Source: Lama guanicoe (taxonomy: Eukaryota). From it: 64,000 nucleotides of DNA. The DNA lies in the NCBI GenBank assembly GCA_013239625.1, contig MU053482.1, positions 1,649,168 to 1,713,167 of the forward strand, read 5' to 3'. Positions 24,708 through 37,688 of this stretch are shown here, piece by piece. Below the pieces are notes generated by a model. The model saw only the letters and a program-made list of their open reading frames with translations. It ran no database searches and was not told the origin of the DNA. Position numbers and translations under genes: made by a program. Positions within the stretch are counted from its first letter, which is position 1. The number at the start of each line of letters is the position of its first letter.

Positions 24708-24755
24708 GAGAACAACCAGGAGGAAGTACTGGAAGGAAGGAAGGGAGATCGCTCG
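24708..24755 (+). CDS. TUB: TUB 48-nt exon (RTTRRKYWKEGREIA + CG), second exon of the middle leader
   Basis: Acceptor ctgctttttctcctcAG ending at 24707, donor CG|GTGAGC at 24755/24756. Phase 2-2. Peptide matches recalled human isoform a. Confidence 0.9.
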
Positions 24756-27700
24756 GTGAGCTGGCAGGGGAGGAGGGAGCGCTGGCTGGGGAAGGGCCGC
24801 TGGCAGGAGACCCTGCAGGGCGGGGGTGGGCAGGACCCCGGATGTGCTGAGCTATGTGTGTGGGAAAGGGGGTCCAGGGGAGAGGGTGACCCCTAAGCCA
24901 GGTCCTCACTCACTGTGATGGTCGTGGATTTGGTTTGTTCCTCCCAGACCCTCCTGTGGTCCTTTTGCAGGGACTCCAGCCAGGTGATGCAGCTGAGAGG
25001 GCCCAGAGTCCAGGGCCCCCCTCCCCAGCCTGTCCTGGGTCTCTCAGCCAGGCATTCCCAGAACCAGTGAGGGAGTTCCTTCCCATTGTTCAAAACCCAG
25101 ACCTGCACACTGCCTGCCCGAGGCTGTCACCCCCGGGCCTGCCTTCTATAGTCAGGAGATGGGTCTTTTCTAAGGCCGCTGACTAGAGCCTTGTTTGTGC
25201 TTTATGGATAGCGGGATCCCTTGGATTTGTTTCTTGGCCCAGAGGATGGGCAGGAACAGCTGTCATGTGAAGGAGGGGGCTTGCCTCATAGGTGAGAAAA
25301 GATGATGGATTCCCTCCCAGCTGCCTTGTGGCTACTGAGGGTCCCCCACACCTGCAGAATCTGCCTGCCCTTACAGGGACCAGGCCAGAGTCATAGGGGG
25401 GCATCTGGGGCTCTGGTTCACACCCTCATGGATGTTGGCCCTGGGTTTCTGTTAGGGTCTCTGACGAAGGGTCCTCAGAGGGGGCTCTGTGGAGAGCTGT
25501 GGGTTTCGGGCATGACCCCATGTTCTCCTCTACATACAGCCTCAAACCAGATTGACTTTTTAGCCTAAAGAAAATCTCATGAAGAGAAAAATGGGAGGCA
25601 GGGGTGGGGAGCTGGTGGATCACTTGAGCCTACTTCAGAGGCTCTTGGGAAGGAGGAGGAGGAGGGTATACAGAGTGAACCCCAGGGGGCTGACTCTGCT
25701 GACTCTTATGAGGCTTGAAGACTTCAGCTCACTTGTCTTCTGCAGCTGGTGCATTTTGAGTGATGTGAGCTGCTAAGTCTCCTTCCAACACCCACGACCT
25801 GTACACCGTCAAGGCTGCAAGAATCTTTGAGATCCATCTAGCCCTTTGTTTAATAGGCAAAACTGAGGCCTCAGGGCGGAGTCACACTGCAAGTTCACGG
25901 CAGAATCAGGACTAGAACCCAGGCCCCCTGCTCAAGGCTCTTACTTTGCACCACAGGCCTGGGAGCCAGACTTGCTGTGCAGGGGCTTACTGGGAGCGAA
26001 TGGTCCTTTGGTTATGACCTTGCCTCATGTGAATGAAGGCCCTGAGCGCGCTGTGGACTGTGTATCCACAGCGGATGCCTGGCCATACTGGTTTCTAGGA
26101 TGACTCTCTCTGGGATTTGGTGTCTCTCTGCTTTTCCAGGCCCTCCTCCCCCAATCACTCTGGCTCTTTCATGTTGAAAGATTCTGCCACCATCCCTTAA
26201 AAACTGCATACGTCAAGATGGTGCCGATAAGTGTGACGTTTCATCCATGGTAGCCAGTCCTGTATGGGTAAACAGGGCTCTAAGTCGATGGACAAGGGAG
26301 GGGAGGAGCCAGGCAGCCTCAGGGTTGTGAAGGCTGAGTCACAGGGACATAACCTCCACAGGCTGGGAATAGTCATAACTGATGGCAAAGTTAGATGGTC
26401 CAGCCATGTAAGGTTGTAGCCAGAGCAAAAGAATCTTGTCCCGGTGTTTTTATTGTAGGTTCTACCAGTCATACTGGGAGCTTCCACGTCTATGAAGACA
26501 ATTCTTCTGGACCCTGGCCTCTGAGTTTCCTGTTGTCTTCAACTCCTTGAATGTCTCCTTTACTTTAGTCACCCATCACTGGGATCTTGTCACCATGTGA
26601 AACTGTTCCACCTCTGAAGTCTTAATCTCTCTGTACTTCCTATGCACTCTGTCCCCACCACCCTCCACTATGTCTGTTCATTGAGAACTTCAGGCTCCTG
26701 CCTCTTAGTTTTTCTCCTCACCTTGAATCAACGCTTGTTCCCATCCAGTCTGAACCCCATGACCCGTTATTTCAACTGCTCACCATTCACCACCTGGCCC
26801 CTTAGTCTCCCACACCATCCCTAGAACACGGTACCTGCCTGCGTTCTCTGGTCCTAGCTTATAGGGGTGGGGTGGAGGGTGGGAGGTGGGAATCCCTTCA
26901 TGAGTTGACACCAGTCCAAATTCATGGTCCACAGCCTCGGCTGAGCCCCCAGCAGTACCCAGCAGCCCTGCTGCCTGGTCCTTGCCCCTCCACCCAGGTT
27001 CTTCCCTCTGTTGCTCATTGCTTCTCTCCTCTGCATCTTCATTGGCCCCACTCTCCTGGCTTGTTGCTTTCTAACCCAGTTAAGAAATAAAACCAAAATA
27101 CCTTGACTTTACAACCTCCTCTCTCTCCTACCCTTCTCAGCCAAGTCTATTGAAGTCAAAGTCAGTGTTCATTACCTCCACTTCCTCACCTCCTGCTGAG
27201 TCCTCAGTCCTCTACAACCTGGCTTCTGCGCCCTCTTCGCCCCTCGAGCTTCTGCCTGTGTCTCCAGGGAGTCTTACTGTAAATCCAGCTGAAGCCTTTC
27301 AGTTCCTGGTTGACCTTTCACCAGCATTTGTTGGAACTGAGTGCACTCTGCCTTTAGAAGCCCTCTTCGCTTGCATTCTGTGACCCCACCCTCTCCTTTT
27401 CTGCCTGCCATGCTGATAATTATTTCTCAGTTTTCTTTATGAGAGTTTCTTCTGTTCAGCCTGGGAATGCTGATGTGGGCCAGGATTCCGTCCCTGTCCC
27501 TTTTCTTCCTTATGCTTGTCCCTGGTGTAATGATGGCCATGGCTTTCACTTCTGTCTCTAACTTATGACTATAGTTGCTCCTTTGACCTTTCTCCTTAAT
27601 TTTACTTTTTCTTTTTAGTTCTATCAGTTTTTGTTTCATGTGTGTTGAAGTTCTGTTCGTAGGTGCATAAACATTTAAGATTGTTATATCCTCTCAAGAG

Positions 27701-28633
27701 CTTAACCCCTTCATCAGTATGAGATGTCCTTTTTTGTCTATGGTAGTATTTCTTGTCCTGAAGTCCAGTTGGTCTGACATTAATATAATCATTCCAGCTT
27801 TTTGTGGAAAGTGTTTGCATGGCATCTTTTTCCATCCTTTTACTTTTAGCCTCTCTGGCTTTATGTTTAAAGTCAGCTTCTTTTAGAAATCATACCATTG
27901 TGCCATTTTTATCCAATCAGACAAATTTGGCTTTTTAATTGGAATGTTCAGACCATTTACATTAAATATTATTACCAGTGTGGTTGAGTTTAAATCTACC
28001 ATCTTGCTATTAGTATTCTGTTTGTCCCACTTGTTCTTTTGTTCTTTTTTCTCCTTTTCCTACTTTCTTTGAGACTGTATATCTTTTGTGATTCTATTTT
28101 ATATCTATTCTTAGCTTGCTTATTAATTGTAACTCTTTTTGTTTGTTTTTCTTTTTTTTGACTAAATATAGTTGATTTATGGTATTGTGTTATTTTCGGG
28201 TGTACAGCAAAGTGATTTGGTTGTATGTATAGATCTAGATTTTTTTGATTCTTTTTCATTATAGTTTATTATAAGATAATTGAATAGAGTTCCCTGTACT
28301 ATACAAATCCTTGTTGTTTATCCTTGTTGTTTATCTATTTTATATCCTTGTTTACTTTATAAATGGTAGTGTGCATGTCCCATAATCCCATACTCCCAAT
28401 TTATCCCTTCCCTGCCTTTCCCTTGGTAACCATGAGTTTGTTTTCTATGTCTGTGAGTCTACTTCTGTTTTGTAAATAAGTTCATCGTACTTTTTTTAGA
28501 TTCCACATATAAGTGATTTCATATAATATTTGTCTTTCTCTGACTTACTTCGCTAAATAGGATAATCTCTAGGTCCATCCATGTTGTTGCAAATGGCATT
28601 ATTTCCTTATTTTTTATGGCTGAGTAGTGTTCC

Positions 28634-28635
<2 letters not shown>

Positions 28636-28664
<29 letters not shown>
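28636..28664. repeat. (TG)n microsatellite within L1
   Basis: Direct reading. Confidence 0.9.
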
Positions 28665-28667
<3 letters not shown>

Positions 28668-30537
28668 CCACAACTTCTATATCTAGTTATCTGTTGTTGG
28701 ACATTTAGGTTGCTCCCACATCTTGGCTATTGTAAATAATGCTGCTGTGAACATTGGGGTGCATGTGTCTCATAGAGCTTTCATCTTCTCCATAGTGGCT
28801 GCACCAATTTACATTCCTGTCAAGAGTGTAGGAGGGTTCCCTTTTCTCCACACCCTCTCCAACATTTATTATTTGTAGACTTTGATGATGGCCATTCTGA
28901 CTGGTGTGAGGTGATACTTCATTGTAGTTTTGATTTGCATTTCTCTAATAATTAGTGACATTGAACATTTATTCATGTGCCTATTGGCTATGTCTGTATG
29001 TTTTCTTTGGAGAAATGTCTGTTTAGGTCTTCTGCCCCATTTTTTGATTGAGTTGTTTGTTTTTTTGTTATTGCATTGTATGAGCTGTTTATATATTTTG
29101 GAAATTGAGCCCTTGTCAGTTGCATCATTTGCAAATACTTTCTCCCATTCCATATGTTGTCTTTTGGTTTTGTTTATGGTTTCCTTTGCTGTGCAGAAGA
29201 TTATAAGTTTGTTTATTTTTTTATCAGTTGATTGACATTCACATTGTTTCCACTTTGTAGTTATTATAAATGATGCTGCCGTGAACATCTGTGGCCATGC
29301 TTGTTTCTTTTGGGTATGTGCTTAGGAGTAGAACTTCTGGGAGACTGTACATTCAAGCTTTTGAGGAGCTCCCAGACTGTTTTCCAAAGTGACTGCACCA
29401 TTTCATGTTCCCACCAGCAATGTATGAGAGTTCTAATTTCTCCATGTCCCTGCCAATACATGTTTTATCTGGGGTTTTGGTTATAGGCATCCTAGCGAGT
29501 ATAAAGTTGTATCTCACTGTAGTTTTGACTTATATTTCCCTGATGACTCATAATGACTAATGATGTACCTCTAGGCCATTTGTATATCTCCATTGGAAAA
29601 ATGTTTATTCAAATCCCTTGTGCACTTTTAAATGGGTTATTTGTCTTTTTATTACTGAACTGTGAGCATTCTTTACAGATTCTAGGTATAAGTCCCTTAT
29701 CAGATAGTGATTTGCAAATGTTTTATTCCATTCTGTGAGTTGTCGTTTTACTTTCTTAAAACGGTGTTCTTTACAACACAAATGTTTGAAATTTTGATGA
29801 AGTCTAATTTATCTATTTTTTGTTGTTGCTGCTTTTGCTTTTGGTGTCGTCTCCATGAAATCATTGCTGAATTCAAGGTCGCAAAGATTTATGTCTATAT
29901 TTTCTTCTAAGAGTTTTATAGTTTTAGCTCTTACGTTTAGGTCTTTCATTAATTTTGAGTTAATTTTTGTGTGCAGTGTGAGGTAGAGGGTCCCAGGTCA
30001 TTCTCATTTTGGATAGTCAGTTGCCCTGGCACCATTTACTGAAAAAAGCTATTTTTCCTCCCATTGAATAGTCTTGGCATCCTTGTCAAAAATCAGTTGA
30101 CCGTAAATGCGAGTTTATTTCTGGACTCTCACTTCTGCTGTGTTGATGTATGAGTCTGACCTTATACTGGTGCCACACTGTCTTGATAACTGTAGCTCTG
30201 CAGTAAGTTTTGAAGTCAGGACATGTGAGCTCTCTGAATTTGTTCTTTTTCAAGATTGTTTGGCTATGCTGGGTCCCTTGAATTTCCATATGAATTTTAG
30301 GACCAGCTTGTCAATTTCTGTACAGACACCCACTAGTATTCTAATGGCGATAGTGTTGAATCTGTAGATCCATTTTAGGAGTTTTACCATCTTAACAATA
30401 TTTAATCTTTTTATTTATTTATGTTTTCTTTAATCTCTCTGAAAGAAGTTTGTAATTTTCAATGAACAGCCTTACACTTTTTTTTTAAATCCATTCCTAA
30501 GCATTTTTGTGGATGCTTTTGTAAATTGAATTGTTTT

Positions 30538-30688
30538 CTTTTTTAAATTTGTTTTGTTTTTGTTTTTGTTTTGGGGGGGAGGTAATTAGTTTATGTATTT
30601 ATTTTTTGATAGAGGTGCTGGGGATTGAACTCAGGACTTTGTGCACACTAAGCATGCGCTCTGCCACTTGAGCTATATCCTCCTCCCC
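30538..30688 (-). mobile_element. tRNA-derived SINE (camelid Vic-1-like)
   Basis: Minus strand reads GGGGAGGA..ATAGCTCAAGTGG..AGAGCGCATGCTTAG..GTTCAATCCCCAG (A/B boxes) with an A-rich tail. TSD TGAATTGTTTT at 30527-30537 and 30689-30699. Confidence 0.85.
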
Positions 30689-33600
30689 TGAATTGTTTTA
30701 TTATTTTTGTTTTTGGATTTTTCACTGCAAGTATATAGAAATATAACTGATTTTGTATATTGATCTTGTATCCTGAAAGTTTGTGGAACTTGTTTATTAG
30801 TTTTAGTAGTTTTTAGTGGATACTTTAAGTTTTCCTTACACAAAACCATGTCATCTATGAATAGAGATAATTTTACTTCTTTTATAATCTGGATGCCTTT
30901 TATTTCATTTTCTTGCCTATTCATCTTAGCTAGTACCTCTCATACAATGTTGAACAAATTTGTTTTGATATTAGAAGGTGTGTATTCAATCTTTCTCTTT
31001 TAAGTATGATACTTTTTAGTTTTTTATAGATGTCCCTTATCGGGCTGAGGAAATCCCCTTCTATTCCTGATTTGTTGAATGATTTTATCATGAAGGGAGG
31101 TCAACTTTTTTCAAATGCTTTTTCTGCCTTGATTGAGATGATAATGTCTTTTGTCCTTTATTCTATTGATAGTGTGTATTATATTAATTGATTTTTGGAT
31201 GAAAGCCAACTTTTCATCCCTGAGGTAAATCCTACTTGGTCAAGATGTATAATCCTTTTTATATGTTGTTGAATTCAGGTGTTTTATTTTTTAACGAGGA
31301 AGAACATTTTACATGTACCTACATAGTTACATTTCCAATGTTCTTCATATGTACATTCAAATTGTCATCTGGGATCATTTTCCCTTTCCCTGAAAGACTT
31401 AATTTGAACATCTCTTGTGGTGCGGATCTGCTGGTGATGCAGTCTCTTGGATTTTGCTTGTATGAAACAGTCTTTATTTTTCTTTCATTCTTGAAAGATA
31501 CTTTGTCCTGAAACAGAATTAAAATTGATGGGCTTTTTACCCTTTCAGTGCTGTAAGGGTGCTGCTCCGCTGCCTTCAACTGATTTGCGTCGTTTCTGAT
31601 GAGACGTGTGCAGCCATTTTTTTTCTTTCTGTTTGCAGTGTCTGCCTTCCCCACCCCCTTTTCTGGCCACTTTTAAGATTTTTCCTTTAACCTTGGTTTT
31701 CAACAATTTGATTATGAAGTATCTTGGAGTAGTTTTCTTCATATTCTGTCTGCTGTCTTTTGAGGTTGTTGGATTTGTGGGTTTATAGTTTTCATCAAAC
31801 TTGAAAAAACTGGGGACACGTTATTTCCTCAACTATTTTTTCCTGCCTCCTCTTTCCTTTTTTCACCCCATAATTACACGTGTGTTAGACTGTTTGGTAT
31901 TGTTCCACAGCTCACTGATACTTTGGGTTTTCTTTTTAAAGTATTTTTTCCTCTCTGAGCTTTATTTTGGAATATTTGGATTTCGGTGTCTTTAAATTCA
32001 CTGGTCTGTTCTTCTCAGTGTCTAATTCTATGCTGGGCCACACTGAAGTCAGAGTGATTTCTCCAGGGCACAGATATGATCATACCATCTCCCACTGAAA
32101 GTTTTTCAGTGGCTTCTCTAAGCTTTAGCATAAAGCCCAATTCTTAGTGGAGATGAAAGGCTCTTTACTATTTGGTTCCAGTTAAGTTCTCCCACATCCT
32201 CTCATTTCCTGCCTTTCCCCCGACCGTCTGCACCAGTCCCCCAAACCCATGTTCTCTCCCATTTTGGGGCTGTGCCTGTGGTCCCTTCTGTATTTTTGCT
32301 TGGTAAACTTCTCATCGTACTTCAGGACTTGGTATCACCTCCTCCAGGAAGTCCACTCAGATGTCCTCAGTCACACATGGTGCTAAACTCTGTCATAAGT
32401 CTTAATCAACTTTACTGTCATAATGGGTTATATCTGAATCTGCTAGCGAGCTATGATCTCTCTGACGGTGAGGCCCTGTCTTGCTTGGCTCTGGACTCTT
32501 AGTGGAGGGCCGGAGTAGAGGTTCAGTGTGAGTGCACTGAATGAATGAAAGCTGAGTATGGAGACTGGCTGGCAGAAACAAGGAGACCTGAGACCAGCTG
32601 CCCTTCGATGGCCTGGATGCTTCAGGGCTGTCAGGCCCAGAGCAGACAGGCTCAGTGCAGCAGAGCCTTCCTCTCAGAACTGGGCAATAGTGGCCTTGAG
32701 GCTTCGTGGTCTACTGCACAGGGGCTAGACTTCCGTGAGCCTTCATGTGGCTGCATTTATATCCGCTTCAGAGGGAGCCCTGCTGCACCATCCTGGCCTG
32801 TGTAGATCTGAGCCCCAGGGAGAGTCTACTGGTAGCTGGGCTTTAGGCTCCTGGGCAGAGCTGTCTCGTGTGTGAGGGTCAGAAAGTGACACAAGGAACC
32901 CAGTGTGTCACAGGATATTCTTATTGAAAAGAGATCTTAGAATAGGATGGAATGAACCGATGAAGGGTTTTGATGCCTGGGACATGCCCCATGTAATGGA
33001 ACTCTGTTAGGAAAGGTCCCATTTGCTCATCCATTTAGAAATTAGTTTATATACATTATTGGCATTTGATTATAAGCTCCATGAAGGCAGGAGCCATGTC
33101 TGTCTTTTCATTGTTCTGTCCTCAGCCTGCAGTGCATGTACACAGTGAGCACTCAGTAAATCATTGTTAAGTGGACACTAACAGCAAATATGTACTGAGC
33201 ACTTAACAGTGTACTGCATAGTTCTGAGCCATTTACACAAATTAACTCGAATAATAGTCACACCCGCATTGTGAGGTAGGTGCTGTTGTCATTCTCAATA
33301 TGAGAGGCAGAAACTGGGACACAGAGTTGTTAACTAAGCTGGCCAAGGTCACATTGTCACATAAGTGGTGAGGCAGGCTTTCAAAGGCTTGTACCTTTAA
33401 CCTCTCTGGAATGAATGAATGAATGAATGAGTATTTTGATATGCAATGTCTGCAAAAGGAGACCATAATAATCATCAGAACATCAGGTTTTCCATAATTT
33501 GGACTTTCCATACTCAATATCAATTTGTGTCTCTATTATATATATTATTAAATATAATACTCAATTAAATACAATAATCCTGTAACTTTTAAGCATTAAG

Positions 33601-34269
33601 CAATGCTCACATGTGGCATATATCATCACTGTTATCACCATGATCTTACTGCATGCTGGGCTTTGTATGAAGTGTTTTACATAAGTTGTCTTATTTTAAC
33701 ATTCATAGCTCTGTGACATACTTGTTAGAATCCCTGTGAATTCCTGTAATGTAAGTAAGGCTCAGAGAGGTTTAAGCCCAAGGTCACAGAGCTTATCACA
33801 AAGCCGGACTTGGGCCTGCGTCTATTTGACTGCCTGACCATTCTCTTAAGGGCTTTGCTAGGCTCCCTCTCCTGCAGTCTGGCTGAGGTGCGGGTGCCTT
33901 GGGCTTTGCAGGCTCTTGCTCTCACTCTCCCAGGAAGCTCCCAAATCCTAGGGCCTGATCCGCACCTTACAGCCCTACCCACGGGGAACGGGCAGTGCCC
34001 CAGGCAGGTTCTCCCAGCCCCTGTCCACTAGGGAGAGCTGAAGCTTCAACAGTTCAGACCCTGGTATGGAGTGCTGTACTCTAGAAATTCAGGGGTGCCA
34101 CACTGGAGCCCCTCCTAGACCACCTCAGTCAGACTCTTGGGGAGAGCCCCAAGAATCTGAATTTTTAAATAGTTCCACAGGGGACTCTGATGTCCAGATA
34201 GATTTGGGCAACACTGGCCCAAAAGTATAATCCCAACACCCAGAAGTAACTCCTGCTAGCATTTTGATT

Positions 34270-35235
34270 AATTCTATTTTTAAACTTTTTATTGAAGTGT
34301 ATGTATATATGTACACCTAACAATGCACATATTTTAGGTACACAGCTTGTAATGAATTTTCACAGCTGAACTCAGTTACGTTAACAAAACCCAGACCAAG
34401 AAACAAAACATCGCCAGCACCCTGGAAGCTTCCTTTGAACTCTTTTCTGGTAACTCCTTGCTCCAAAGCGGTTAAACTGACTTCTGACATCACAGATTAA
34501 TTTTGCCTGTGTTTGACATTTATATAAGTGAAAAAATTTGTTATCTCCTCTCTGAGTCTGGCTCATTTTGGCAGTGTTGTGTTTGTGGGGTTCATTGTGT
34601 TAGGCATGTACAGGAGTTCGTTTATTGCTGCTGTGTAGTGTTTGTGTGAATATAGCACACCCTACATGTCCATCTACTATTTTTATTTTTTATTGAACTA
34701 TAATTGATTTACCGTGTTGTGTTAGTTTCTGGTGTACAGCATAGTGATTATACACATATACATGCATTCTTTTTCAGATTCTTTTCTTTATAGGTTATTA
34801 CAAGGTATTGAATATGATTCCCTGTGCTGTACAGAAGGACCTTGTTGTTTGTCTGATTTGTATGTAGCAGTTTGTATGTCTGTCTATTATTTATGGGCAT
34901 TTGGGAAGTTTCAAGTATTTGGCAACTGTGACTTGTGCTGCTGTGAACACGTTTGTACGTGTCTATTGCTACACGTGTGTGTGTGTATCTGTGGGGTATT
35001 ATGCACTTAGGAGTAGAATTGCTGAATTTTACGTTCAGCCGTAGCAGATGCTGCCAAAGTTTTCCAAAATCGTTCTATACCAATGTGCTTTCGCCAGCAG
35101 TATATGAGTCCTGGCTGTTCCACGTTTCTGTCTTTTTATTTTAGCCATTCTGGTAAATGTGTAGTGTATGGTATTGTGGTTTTACTTTACATTTCCCTGG
35201 TGAACAATGAAGTTGAGCATCTTTTCCTTCATGTA
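34270..35235 (-). mobile_element. Old L1 3' remnant with a nested younger L1 tail
   Basis: L1 3'-UTR-like motifs. Inner fragment at about 34680-34880 resembles the L1 tails at about 9110-9340 and 28160-28300. Confidence 0.7.
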
Positions 35236-36149
35236 TTTCTTTTCAGTCTTTTATAATATGCCAACCCTTGGTAACCCTTACTTCATTAAAAAAAAAAAAA
35301 GAAGAAAGGAAAAGAAAATGAGTGAGACCATAAAGCAAAATATATCTGAGAGGAGAAAAAAAAATCAGGGTAAAGTCTTATGATATTTTTCCCTTCATTG
35401 AAGTCTTTCATCTTCAAAATAAGTTCCGTCTGACTTTAAGACCTTAAGGAAAATATACGCTCTGCTGTTGTTTTGTCTCTTAGCTCTTTCTCCTGTGCTT
35501 TTCTCAACCACTTCATTTTCACTTGCTCCACCAGCAGCATTTGTATCTTCTAGGGGATGCATTTTTATAGACTTCACACTAATATTCTTCAGAGAAAGGC
35601 CATTGTGACAAAGGAAAAACTTAAACTCCAGGTCAGGAAGGAGGCCTTGGGGCGTTAATGCCCAGACTAGTTACTGTTGTTCCACTGGGAACAGGAGGAG
35701 CTTTGCGGAGTGGAGCAGAGTGGAGTTGTGAACAGTGCAGAGTGAAGTCTAAAATAAGGTTGTTTTGTTTTGTGCTGCTAGTGCAGAAAACTGTTAATTG
35801 AAAAGATGGATTTAAATCCTCTTTAGGTACTATTCTGGAAACAAAAGTCTTGGACATTATCTAAAAGAATATGCAGTTGGAGTTTGTTCACAAAGCAATT
35901 ATATATGTTCGTATGTGCACATATCCTTCAAAATTTTTTTTAATTTTTAAGAATTTTTAATTTTTTTATGATAGCAGTATCATGTAACGTTGCGCATAAG
36001 TCAAAAAGCACCAAATATGTCAAAGAGGGGCACCTTAGAACAGGAAGTACAGCAGTAAACAATATAGTCATGATTATTCATGTACCAAGTAATAAAATAT
36101 CCTTAAGACAAAAGCAAACACAAACTTGTGTAGGCTGTTTTGACATCGA

Positions 36150-37300
36150 AATTTTTTATGTAATATGTTTTCCCATATTGTTAAATATTTTAAATGTTTC
36201 ATTTCTTTTTATGAACTTACTGAAATGTATTTAATCATTCTCCTATTTTGGTATTTCGATAGTTTCTAAATTCTCAGTGATGAACATCTTTGTACTTAAA
36301 TCTCCAAGCTCACCTGATCACCTTAGAATAGCCTCAGAGAAGCGAAATTAATGGCTGAAAAAGAGTAAGTATCTTAAAGGTTTTTGATACATTGGTATTA
36401 GACATTCCTTCTAGAAAAACCATCAATCAGCACTCTTCGCAGCAATATATAACATGCCTCCCTGTTGCCTGTTTTCCAACTTTGCACTCACTTCGATTAC
36501 AGTGTCTCTTGCCATGTAGAAGACTGTCTTTTTGAACCTAATAAAATCAGTATGGCTTCTGCATTTAGGCACCTGCTTAGAAAAGCTCCCCTACTCCCTG
36601 CACATGATTAGAAAAATATTTTCCAACGCTTACTCCTTGTAGAAATGTTTTCTTTTTTACAGTAAATCTTAATCCATCTGTTATTTTTATGTCTGATATG
36701 AAGTAGAGATAAAACTTTTTCCCCCCAAATGGATAGCAAACTGATCTCTAAACCATTTAGTAAAAAGTGCAACATCTCTTCAGTGTTTTGAAAGGCCGTC
36801 TTTATAGTAAATCAGCTTCCTCTGCAGACGTGGGTCTCTTCCCACACGGTGTCAGTCTGTTTGGTCATTCTTGAGCCAGGACCGCTGTTCTGGTTCTTTC
36901 ACATAGGAAGCTTTGAAAACTGGTGTGGCGAGTGCCTCCTTACTCTTTTTCTTTTATAAAATTTTCTCAACTGTCTTGGAAAATTGGCTTATTTTTCCAG
37001 ATGAATTTTGGAATAAATCTGTCCAGTTAAAAAAAATCCCACTGCACTTGTGATTAGAAGAGTATCAAATCTATAAACTCATTTGCCAAAATTATGACAC
37101 CAGACAGAAACAGAGGATGCATCTCCTTAAATGTTTGTATAGGTAAGATTTCTAGTTTGTTTTTTTAGAATTTTAGTCTGCTTTCACATATATTTGAGAT
37201 GTTTCTTGTGCAGTTTTCCTATATAGGCTATTTCTTCTATTGCTTTTGTGAATAGGATCTCTTATATTTTTAACTAGATGTTCCTGGTATGTAAGAAAAT
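36150..37300 (-). mobile_element. Highly degraded L1 remnant
   Basis: AT-rich with weak L1 ORF2 antisense motifs. Boundaries approximate. Confidence 0.5.
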
Positions 37301-37634
37301 CGTTTAGAGTCGGCTTGTCTGAGCTGGAGTCAGTATGCCAGAACTGAAAGGGTCAAGGTGTAGCCTCATCCTCACTGAGGCCAGAGGCTTAAGGACTTGC
37401 CCCTGGCTATCAGGTGGGCCATGGCCCAGTCAAGTCTGGAGCCCAGGCCTAAATGCCCAGTTTGTGTCCCCTGGAAACCCGCTAAGTTAGACAAAGAGGA
37501 GGACTTGTTGTAACTCAGCAGTCAGGGAGCCAACTACTGTTGCCATGGAAACCCTAGAGGCAGCATCTTCTGGGAGGACCAGGATGCGGAGTCCAGAGAG
37601 AACAGGCTGCACTAGGGTGGGATCAGTCTAGGGG

Positions 37635-37653
37635 GTGTGTGTGTGTGTGTGTA

Positions 37654-37688
<35 letters not shown>
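37635..37688. repeat. (TG)n(AG)n compound microsatellite
   Basis: Direct reading. Confidence 0.9.

Larger units (their letters stand above)
27590..32030 (-). mobile_element. Degraded L1 cluster including ORF2 and ORF1 remnants
   Basis: Minus-strand ORFs with L1 peptides: [72 protein letters not shown]. Confidence 0.9.

Noticed and set aside
30600..30688. tRNA-like sequence (also 40610-40684)
   Set aside because: These are SINE heads with A-rich tails and TSDs, not tRNA genes.
35240..36130. Possible second retrocopy near an A-run
   Set aside because: No recognisable parent or TSD. The adjacent peptide KEGH..NIVMIIHVPSN resembles a decayed L1 endonuclease, suggesting old LINE debris.
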